64,000 nt of DNA. It comes from Clostridia bacterium. GTDB lineage: Bacteria > Bacillota > Clostridia > Oscillospirales > CAG-272. Below the pieces are notes generated by a model. That model ran no database searches, had not been told where the DNA came from, and was given only the letters and a program-made list of their open reading frames with translations. The stretch is taken from contig JAGAKG010000036.1 of the NCBI GenBank assembly GCA_017625755.1, positions 92,952-156,951 on the forward strand. Direction: 5' to 3'. Shown piece after piece: positions 38,794 through 46,900 of this stretch. Every line of letters begins with the position of its first letter. Positions within the stretch are counted from its first letter, which is position 1. A program made the position numbers and the translations under genes.

Positions 38794-39002
38794 GGCGTTA
38801 GTTTGACCTCCGTAATTTTTATATGTTAAATCATATTCAAAAGAGGGAAAAACTATGCCAAAAGGAAAAAATATAAAAAAATTTTAAAATAAAAAATGAA
38901 ATTTAAAACGAGCATTTGCGAGGAAATCGTATGAAAACGCGAGAAAAACGGAGCTTTGTGATATCTAAATTAAAACGGCGAAAAAATTTTTTCAAAAAGC
39001 TA

Positions 39003-39031
39003 TTGACAAGGCAGACTTTGCGTGATATAAT
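39003..39031 (+). promoter_or_regulatory. Sigma-A type promoter for rplM-rpsI
   Basis: TTGACA (39003-39008), a 17-nt spacer, then TATAAT (39026-39031). Confidence 0.65.
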
Positions 39032-39079
39032 ATGCAAGCATGAAAAAAATTAACTACTTTTTATTGGAGGATTTTAGCA

Positions 39080-39508
39080 ATGTCAACTTATATGGCAAAA
39101 GCAGAAACGCTTGAGCGTAAGTGGTATGTAATTGACGCGGCAGGTAAGCCTATGGGTAGAACTGCGGCAGCGGCAGCAACCATTCTTCGCGGAAAGCACC
39201 GTCCCGAATTCACACCTCATGTTGACTGTGGTGAGTTCGTGATCATCATCAATGCAGACAAAGCAGTTCTGACAGGCAAGAAGCTTGAGCAGAAATACTA
39301 TCGCCGTCACTCGGGATACATCGGCGGACTGAAGGAAGTTCAGTACAAGACACTTATGGCAACCAAGCCCGAGCTTGCAATGGAGCTTGCAGTTAAGGGA
39401 ATGCTCCCCCACAACACGATCGGCGCAAAGAGCGCAACCAGACTCAAGGTTTACGCAGGCGCTGAGCATAAGCACGCGGCACAGAAGCCCGAAGCTTATG
39501 AGATATAA
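39080..39508 (+). CDS. rplM: 50S ribosomal protein L13
   Basis: [61 protein letters not shown]... Confidence 0.95.
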   Translation: MSTYMAKAETLERKWYVIDAAGKPMGRTAAAAATILRGKHRPEFTPHVDCGEFVIIINADKAVLTGKKLEQKYYRRHSGYIGGLKEVQYKTLMATKPELAMELAVKGMLPHNTIGAKSATRLKVYAGAEHKHAAQKPEAYEI

Positions 39509-39527
39509 TTGAAAGGGGGACTTCACA

Positions 39528-39929
39528 ATGTACACAAGTTCTAAGCCTTATTTCTACGGCACAGGAAGAAGAAAGAAGTCTGTCGCACGCGTACGCATAG
39601 TACCCGGAACAGGCGTTATCACAATAAACAAGAAGGACATTGACGAATATTTCGGACTTGAGACACTCAAGCTCATCGTTAACCAGCCCTTCGCCGCAAC
39701 AGGAACAGCAGGAAAGTTTGATATCATCGCTCTCGTAAACGGCGGTGGACTTTCCGGACAGGCAGGAGCTATCCGTCACGGACTTGCTCGCGCACTCGTT
39801 CAGGCTGACGAGAATTACAGACCTGCTCTCAAGGCAGCTGGATTCCTCACTCGTGATCCTCGTATGAAGGAAAGAAAGAAGTACGGACTCAAGGCAGCGC
39901 GTCGCGCACCTCAGTTCTCCAAGAGATAA
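39528..39929 (+). CDS. rpsI: 30S ribosomal protein S9
   Basis: ...[62 protein letters not shown]. Confidence 0.95.
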   Translation: MYTSSKPYFYGTGRRKKSVARVRIVPGTGVITINKKDIDEYFGLETLKLIVNQPFAATGTAGKFDIIALVNGGGLSGQAGAIRHGLARALVQADENYRPALKAAGFLTRDPRMKERKKYGLKAARRAPQFSKR

Positions 39930-40020
39930 TCTGTGCGGCATATTGTGCGGTGCGAACAACTCTTGCCGCACGCCGAGAATTGCTTTGCAATTCTCCAAAG
40001 CTCGGATATGTTTCGATACA

Positions 40021-40055
40021 AAACAGCATTCACTTCGGTGGATGCTGTTTTTTTG
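40021..40055 (+). terminator. rpsI intrinsic terminator
   Basis: acagcattcac-ttcg-gtggatgctgt followed by ttttttt. Confidence 0.8.
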
Positions 40056-40060
40056 TGTTT

Positions 40061-40158
40061 ACCGCCCGAGATCCTTCGTTGCGTCGCCCCACGCTGTCAT
40101 TCTCGAGCGAAGCGAAGAATCTCGTGGGGCGACTCCACTCGAGGATGACAGGGGCGGT
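40061..40158. repeat. GC-rich element with interleaved (mutually exclusive or pseudoknot-like) inverted repeats
   Basis: accgccc/ggggcggt encloses two arm pairs. These are gtcgccccacg (40083-93) with cgtggggcgac (40123-33), and ctgtcattctcgag (40094-107) with ctcgaggatgacag (40138-51). Confidence 0.6.
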
Positions 40159-40250
40159 TCAATCTGTAAAAACTTCGCGCCCCTATTTACTTTTGGCGAA
40201 AATTATGATATAATGTAACTGTTAGACAATTGATTGAAGGGAGCTAAACT
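40158..40250 (+). promoter_or_regulatory. Promoter cassette copy 1 (upstream block, -35, -10 and leader) for the PspC-domain gene
   Basis: TTTACT (40186-91), a 17-nt spacer, then TATAAT (40209-14). The flanks are conserved with 40634-40727. Confidence 0.6.
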
Positions 40251-40439
40251 ATGGAAAAGAAATTATATAAATCCAATAAAAACAAGATGATCGACGGAGT
40301 TTGTGCGGGTATTGCGGAATACTTTGACATTGACCCTACTCTTGTGCGTTTGGGAGCGGTTGTATTGACTTGTGCAGGAGGATCCGGCATTCTTGCCTAT
40401 ATCATCTGTGCCATCGTCGTCCCTCGTAATCCTGACTAA
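40251..40439 (+). CDS. PspC-domain small membrane protein
   Basis: KLYKSNKNKMIDGVCAGIAEYFDIDPTLVRLGAVVLTCAGGSGILAYIICAIVVP is a canonical PspC domain. Confidence 0.85.
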   Translation: MEKKLYKSNKNKMIDGVCAGIAEYFDIDPTLVRLGAVVLTCAGGSGILAYIICAIVVPRNPD

Positions 40440-40517
40440 AGTATTGCTCAATTGTTGCGGAACAGCGTTGGATTTTGGGCGCGATTTTGGTTGCAAATTC
40501 GGTGTAACACTTATATA

Positions 40518-40547
40518 CAAAACTCTCTGCTTCGGCAGAGTTTTTTG
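40518..40547 (+). terminator. Intrinsic terminator
   Basis: aaaactctctgc-ttcg-gcagagtttttt. Confidence 0.75.
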
Positions 40548-40552
40548 TTTTA

Positions 40553-40619
40553 CGGGAGGATAATCTCCTCCCCTACAAAAACAATATCGTATGCCGTAGG
40601 GGAGGATATTATCCTCCCG
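40553..40619. repeat. 67-nt near-perfect GC-rich palindrome
   Basis: cgggaggataat-c-tcctcccctac, a 19-nt loop, then gtaggggagga-t-attatcctcccg. Each arm is also self-complementary (gggagga/tcctccc). Confidence 0.65.
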
Positions 40620-40633
40620 CTTTCAAAGAGCGG

Positions 40634-40727
40634 TTTAATTTGCAAAAACTCCGCACCCCTATTTACTTTTCTAATTTTATATGCTATAATTTAACTGTTG
40701 GATAAACTCAGGTCTGGAGGTGTTTAC
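40634..40727 (+). promoter_or_regulatory. Promoter cassette copy 2 for the next small membrane-protein gene
   Basis: TTTACT (40662-67), a 17-nt spacer, then TATAAT (40685-90). By my count 32 of 37 nt of the upstream block are identical to copy 1. Confidence 0.6.
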
Positions 40728-41066
40728 TTGACATATTACATACCGATTATAATGTTGTTTGTTGTTCTGTTTATTGTTTTGCGCAGACGGAAGCTTATAG
40801 TTGCCAAAAAAATCATTGAAAGAAAAAATACGGAGGAGAAAACAAAAATGGTTGAGCTTGCGAAAAGATTTATCGGAAAAGAGTGTATAATCCATTCCTT
40901 TGACAACGGTCATCAGTTTACGGGTGTTATCAAGGAGGTTGTTGACGGTGCCGTTCTGATTGAAAAAAACGGTGAATTTGAAGCTGTCAATCTTGACTTT
41001 GTTCTCAGAATAAGAGAGTATCCTAAGAACAAAAAGGGCAAGAAAAAATCGGTTATATTGGATTAA
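40728..41066 (+). CDS. Small single-pass membrane protein, unknown function
   Basis: The TTG at 40728 lies 7 nt after GGAGG. It is 94 nt from the start of the cassette, against 93 nt for the paralogous cassette. The product has one TM helix (YYIPIIMLFVVLFIVL) and a soluble beta-rich tail. Confidence 0.55.
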   Translation: MTYYIPIIMLFVVLFIVLRRRKLIVAKKIIERKNTEEKTKMVELAKRFIGKECIIHSFDNGHQFTGVIKEVVDGAVLIEKNGEFEAVNLDFVLRIREYPKNKKGKKKSVILD

Positions 41067-41222
41067 AGATACTGCGGAAAAATACTAATTATCGCAACTG
41101 AAATATTGTGTCATTTTGCGTCGAATTTTACAATATTTTAATGTTATGTCTATATGTATGGTTGGATATATATTTAAAATTAAATGCGTTAAAATGATAC
41201 AAAACAAAAAGGGGGATTTGTT

Positions 41223-43265
41223 ATGAAAAAGACTATAATTTTATTGCTTTGCTTAATGCTGATATTGCCGATGGCGCTGTCGTCGTGTAAAAAAGACGGG
41301 GATATGGGCGAGCAGAGCGACTCTGAGCAGACTACTGTCGCCACGACCGAGTACGATTACAGCAAGATTCCCGATGTGATAGAGCCGCACGAGAGAAAGC
41401 TTATCGCGTCGTCCGAGCTTGGATTGCTCGCGTATTTTACGGGAACCGAAAAATACTATGTTGCCGATGCGAAGGTTGAGGAGAACGGAGATATAACGCT
41501 GACATCGTATAACCCCGGTACAACGGTAATTACGGTTAAGAATTCCTACGGCGAGGAGATGTCGCTCACCGTTACCGTCGGTCTTGACTACGATTTTGAG
41601 AGCATTGATATAAGAAAATTTGAAATGCCCGATAATTATGTTTATGCAACCAATTACGGAATGAACCCCGAAAGGAGCGACAACGCAAAGTACCTTCAAG
41701 CTGCGATAGATTCGCTTAAGACCGGCGGTGTCGTGTATATTCCGAAGGGCAATTATTACAGCACCTTCGTCCGACTAAAAAGCAATGTAAAGCTAAGGCT
41801 TGAGGGTATTCTCCCCGAGTATAACACCGAATTTACCGACGAGCTTTCGGCGGCTATCGAGAGCGGTAATACCTTCGCTCGAATAATCGCCGTGAACGGA
41901 GATATGTTCGCTAACCACGAGAAAGGCGGATACGGAAGATACGGAGCCGATAACTTTGAGATAACGGGCGGAGTGCTTGATATGGCGGGCAAATCCAGAT
42001 GCTTTATCTGGTGCTGCGCAGAGAATGTTCTGCTTGAAAATGTTATTATGACCGATTGTATGAATGACCACGCGATACAGGTTACAGGGTGCAAAAATGT
42101 GACTATCCGCAATGTAATGTTTGCCGGATATAATGCGGGTAGTAATACGAGTGGCGCCGAGTTGATACAGATAGAGACCTCACACCCGGGAGCTATCGGA
42201 ACGGGAACGGTTACAGCGTCGAAGTTCGATGAATATGAATTTTATAGCTGTGAGAATGTAGCCATAGAAAACTGTTATTTCGGCAAGAGTGACAGGTACG
42301 ATTCTGCGACCTATTTTATCGGTCACCATGTGCATAATTCGGGGCCGAGTGTCAGGGGCTTGAAGATAATGGATTGCACATTCGACAACCCGAGAATCGT
42401 TGCCATACGCGCATACGCGTTTACCGATGTTGAGATTGCCGATTGTGTCTTTCTTTCCGACGAGTCCAACTCGGTCGTAAGCGAGGCGAGATACATGATA
42501 GAGCTGACCTTTAATACGGGGCATGTCAAGCTCCCCTCGGGCGCATATCTTTCAACCGCCGAGGACAGGGGCGGAACGCAGAATTTGCGGATACACGATA
42601 ACGAATTTACCATAGGAGATGACTCCTCTATGGCGGGATTTATCAAGACCTTGCGGTCGGGAATAACTCAGTACGACGCTATGGGATACTCAAATATTTC
42701 CGAGACGGATTTTTACACCGAGACGCCGAAAAGCTTTACGGGATATAAGCTTGTGACAACTCGGATTTCGGATATATATCTCCACAATAACAGCTTCACC
42801 GTAAGCAACGGAGCGGACGATAACCTCTTTTATCTCAAGGATGTGAGAGGCGTTGAATTCAAAGGAAATACCTTTGATATCGACGGAGTGGAGATTCTCG
42901 GCGACGATTATTACGGCGCATATCTTGAGGGTTCGACTATGGCGGAGGAATGTCGGAAAAATTTTGTTATAAAGGCAACCTCTGCAAACCGTGACACTCC
43001 GATAGTTCTCGTGTCGGCGGCTGGGAATATCGAGGCTTACTGTACCGCGTCAAGTACAGGTAGCTATTACAACCTGATAGTCAGCTGCGAGGAGGGCGGT
43101 GTGATTGAGCGTCGAACCGATAAAAACGGCGTACTTTATGTCGAGGCTGTCGCCGATGAGGGATATAAATTCGTAGGATATCGCGCCGACGGACAGATGA
43201 TTGAAGCAGAGAATTTTGCTTTCTCGACAACAACCGAAATCGAAGCGATTTTTGAGAAAAAATAA
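41223..43265 (+). CDS. Lipoprotein with a predicted right-handed beta-helix (pectate-lyase-fold) domain
   Basis: Signal peptide with lipobox LSSC. NYGMNPERSDNAKYLQAAIDSLKTGGVVYIPKGNYY is typical of pectate-lyase-3 or tailspike-like beta-helix N-caps, and repeated NVxIxNCxF-like rungs follow. Confidence 0.6.
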   Translation: MKKTIILLLCLMLILPMALSSCKKDGDMGEQSDSEQTTVATTEYDYSKIPDVIEPHERKLIASSELGLLAYFTGTEKYYVADAKVEENGDITLTSYNPGTTVITVKNSYGEEMSLTVTVGLDYDFESIDIRKFEMPDNYVYATNYGMNPERSDNAKYLQAAIDSLKTGGVVYIPKGNYYSTFVRLKSNVKLRLEGILPEYNTEFTDELSAAIESGNTFARIIAVNGDMFANHEKGGYGRYGADNFEITGGVLDMAGKSRCFIWCCAENVLLENVIMTDCMNDHAIQVTGCKNVTIRNVMFAGYNAGSNTSGAELIQIETSHPGAIGTGTVTASKFDEYEFYSCENVAIENCYFGKSDRYDSATYFIGHHVHNSGPSVRGLKIMDCTFDNPRIVAIRAYAFTDVEIADCVFLSDESNSVVSEARYMIELTFNTGHVKLPSGAYLSTAEDRGGTQNLRIHDNEFTIGDDSSMAGFIKTLRSGITQYDAMGYSNISETDFYTETPKSFTGYKLVTTRISDIYLHNNSFTVSNGADDNLFYLKDVRGVEFKGNTFDIDGVEILGDDYYGAYLEGSTMAEECRKNFVIKATSANRDTPIVLVSAAGNIEAYCTASSTGSYYNLIVSCEEGGVIERRTDKNGVLYVEAVADEGYKFVGYRADGQMIEAENFAFSTTTEIEAIFEKK

Positions 43266-43279
43266 AGCAGATAATACAG

Positions 43280-43317
43280 AGCTTCCGCCTTCCTTTACGG
43301 GAGGGCGGAAGTTCTTT
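43280..43317 (+). terminator. Intrinsic terminator
   Basis: cttccgccttcc-tttac-gggagggcggaag followed by ttcttt. Confidence 0.6.
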
Positions 43318-43339
43318 AAAAAACAAGGAGAAAATAGGC

Positions 43340-43672
43340 GTGATACAGTTCGGGCCGAATGTGACTGTTGCTACGGCAAATCACCCCATTGAGCCTTCTT
43401 TGCGTGAGCGTGGGCTGCAATACAACAAGGATGTTCACATCGGCGAGAATGTCTGGATAGGCGCGGGAGCCGTTATAGTTCCGGGTGTTCGTATCGGAAA
43501 AAATTCTGTTATCGGGGCGGGAAGCGTCGTGACCGGGGATATCCCCGAAAATTCGGTAGCCGTCGGAAATCCGTGCAGAGTTATCAGGGAAATAGGCGAG
43601 CGGGACAGAGAGTTTTTCTACCGCAACGAGAGGATAGATTGGGAGTGGATAAATCATCTTGAAAGAACATAA
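43340..43672 (+). pseudogene. Hexapeptide-repeat O-acetyltransferase (maltose/galactoside acetyltransferase-like), N-terminally truncated remnant
   Basis: The sequence starts mid-domain: IQFGPNVTVATANHPIEPSLRERGLQYNKDVHIGENVWIGAGAVIVPGVRIGKNSVIGAGSVVTGDIPENSVAVGNPCRVIREI. The N-terminal roughly 70 aa found in full-length homologues are absent. It has only a GTG start and no RBS, and it sits directly after a terminator. Confidence 0.6.
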
Positions 43673-43811
43673 AGCCACGAATGCCGGCATATGTTATGTA
43701 GTGTCATATATAATTATAGGTAAGCTGTTTGTGCATTTCACCAATATTGTCAAAAAATGACTCTTTCAATTTTGCATTTTCACAAAATTTGTTAAGAATG
43801 GAAAAAATCTA

Positions 43812-43840
43812 TTGACAAAATATATTTACAGTAGTAAACT
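43812..43840 (+). promoter_or_regulatory. Putative sigma-A promoter of the giant gene
   Basis: TTGACA (43812-17), a 17-nt spacer, then TAAACT (43835-40). Confidence 0.45.
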
Positions 43841-43865
43841 ATGTATCAGCGACTCATAAAACTCA

Positions 43866-43903
43866 TTACCGCATAATTCCCGTTATGCGGTAAAATTTTT
43901 CTT
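43866..43903 (+). promoter_or_regulatory. Leader hairpin with U-tract (possible attenuator) in the 5' UTR of the giant gene
   Basis: ttaccgcataa-ttcccg-ttatgcggtaa forms a perfect 11-bp stem and is followed by aatttttctt. It lies 12 nt upstream of the GGAGG RBS. Confidence 0.45.
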
Positions 43904-43928
43904 GTACTACATTATGGAGGTAAATCTA

Positions 43929-46900
43929 ATGAGTAACACCAAAAAAATGTGGATTCGCATTTTGTGTTTGACTTTCGTGCTGTTCAGTATTTTTGCACTG
44001 AACTCCTGCGACGAGAATGACGCAAGCGCTGAATGCGAGCACACATGGGGCGAATGGACGGTTGTGTCCGAGGCTTCCTGCGAGGAAGACGGAGAGAAGC
44101 AACGCGTTTGTTCTGAATGCGAAGAAACAGAAACGAGAGCCATAGCGGCGCTTTCTCACGATTTCGGTGAATGGAGCGTAACTAAGGCGGCAACCTGTAC
44201 CGAGGAAGGCGAGGAGACGAGAGTTTGCTCTCGTAATTCCGAGCATACCGAAACCCGCACGGTTGCAAAAATTGCCCACACCTTTGATGTTGAGAAGGAA
44301 GATGTGGCGTATCTGAAGAAAGAGGGAAGCTGCACAGAGAAGGCTGTATACTACAAGTCGTGTAAGTGCGGCGAGAAGGGAACCGAGACATTTGAGAGCG
44401 GAACACCTTCACATACATACGACAGAGAGGTCGTTGACGCGAAGTTCCTCAAGAGCGAGGCAACATGCACCGCTAAGGCTGTGTACTACAAGTCCTGCGA
44501 GTGCGGCGCGTTTGACGCTGAGAGCAGCGAGACCTTCGAGAGCGGAGCGACCATTCCTCACACATACGGTGAGTCGGTAGTGGCTCCGAGATATCTCAAG
44601 AGCGAAGCAACCTGCACGGACAGAGCTGTTTATTACAAGTCCTGTAAGTGCGGCGCCTTTGACGCTCTCGCGAGCGAGACTTTTGAGAGCGGAAGCCTTG
44701 AGTCTCACAAATACGACAGAGCTGTCGTTGACGCCGAGTACCTCAAGAGCGAAGCTAACTGTAATTCGGCAGCTGTATATTACAAGTCTTGTAAGTGCGG
44801 CGCGTTCGATACGGGCGTAAGCGGAACCTTTGAGAACGGCGACAAGACACCTCATGTTTATGACAGAGCTGTTGCCGAGTCGAAGTATGTCAAGACTCCC
44901 GCAAGCTGCACCGAGAAGGCTGTATATTATAAGTCGTGTAAGTGCGGCGCGTTCGATAAGAGCGTAAGCGAAACCTTTGAGAGCGGGGCGCTTATGCCTC
45001 ACAGCTATGATAAGAGAGTCGTTGACGCGAAGTACCTCAAGAGTGAGGCTACTTGTACCTCTAAGGCTGTATACTACAAGTCTTGTAAGTGCGGCGACTT
45101 TGATACTGCTCTTAGCGATACATTCAAGAGCGGTGAGATGCTGCCTCATATCTATGACAGAGAGGTAGTTTCCTCAGAGTATCTCAAGAGCGGGGCGACC
45201 TGCACGGCTAAGGCTGTATACTACAAGTCCTGCGAGTGCGGACATAAGGGAAGCGCAACCTTTGAGTACGGCAATATTCTGCCTCATGTATACAACAAAG
45301 AGGTAGTTGCAGACAGATATCTCAAGAGCGGAGCGACCTGCACAGAGCTGGGCGTATATTATAAGTCCTGTGAGTGCGGCGCGTTTGACGCAGACCTGAG
45401 CGCAACATTCAGCGGCGGCGAGCTTATTCCTCACACATATAACAGAGAGGAGGTTGCCGACAAATATCTCAAGACCGAGGCAACCTGCACAGCTAAGGCT
45501 GTATACTACAAGTCCTGCGAGTGTGGCGCGTTCGACCGCTACGATAGCGAAACCTTTGAGAGCGGTACCACCATTGCTCATACCTACGATAGAGAGGTAG
45601 TTGATTCCAAGTACATCGCAAGCGAGGCAACCTGTACCTTGGCGGCTACATATTATAAGTCGTGTAAGTGCGGCGCGTTTGACGCGTCTCTCAGCGCAAC
45701 CTTTGCGTACGGCGAGCCTATCGCTCATACTTACGACAGAGAGGTCGTTGAGGCAAGATACCTTGCAAGCGCGGCTACCTGCGAGGCAAGAGCGCGTTAT
45801 TATAAGTCCTGTAAGTGCGGCGCGCACGATAATGCTCTCAGCGGAACATTTGAGTATGGCGACCTTCAGGGACACAACCATGTTCAGATAGCATTTACCG
45901 CGGCAACCTGTACGGTTGACGGCGTCAGAATAGAGGAGTGTACCGTCTGCGGTGATACGATAGAAACTCCTATCATCGCGCAGGGACACAACTATGTTGA
46001 CGAGGTGGTTGAGCCTAAGTGTCTGACTGTTGGCTACACTAAGCATACCTGTTCCGAGTGCGGAGATAACTATTCCGATTCCGAGGTTCCCGCAACGGGA
46101 CACCTTGTATTCGACGATAGGGTTATCGCGCCCACCTGCGAGGACGGCGGATACACCGAGCATAAGTGCAATGCGTGCGGATTTATTGAAAAAATCAATC
46201 CCACCGCAAAGCTCGGCCACGATTATCAGGAGCAGATTCTGACTCCCGCGGACTGTAAGACGGCGGGAACAAAGAAGATAAGCTGCTCGAGATGTGACTA
46301 TGAAAATACCGAGACTATACCTACCACGGACCATAACCATAACTCGGTTACGACTCCCGCAACCTGTACGGTTGACGGATATATAACCTACACCTGCGTA
46401 TGCGGAGATACATACACCGTTGCTGGCGAGGCAGCTCAGGGACATAGCTGGAGCAAGACTCCTGTTTCTCCCACCTGTACCGAGCAGGGATACACTTTCT
46501 GGGAGTGTGACAACTGCGACGCAGAGGAGAAGCACGATTTCGTTGCGGCTAACGGACACAGCTTCAGTGCCGCAACCTGTGCCGAGCCCGAGAGGTGCGC
46601 GTGCGGAGCTACGGGCGCTGCGGCTACTGGCAATCACAATTATGTCGGAGTAGAGACGACTGCTCCCACCTGTACCGTAAAGGGTGTTATGACATATACC
46701 TGCGGTACCTGCGGAGATTCTTATACAGAGGACATAAGCGCGACGGGACACAACACCGAGGGAGCTATCTGGACGGAGACCGAGCAGTGTATAGACGGCA
46801 AGTGTACTTATGTAAAGATAAGCACTACGACCTGTCTTAACAACAATTGCGGAGTTACCGTTTCCGAGACATCCGCTTCCTATGAGAAGCACTCCTATTT

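Noticed and set aside
38855-38887. Ten-codon mini-ORF (MPKGKNIKKF) with a purine-rich upstream stretch in the AT-rich S1/rplM divergent intergenic region.
   Set aside because: It is very short and sits in an A-rich region where ATG...TAA pairs arise by chance. I can assess no conservation, and no structure links it to rplM control.
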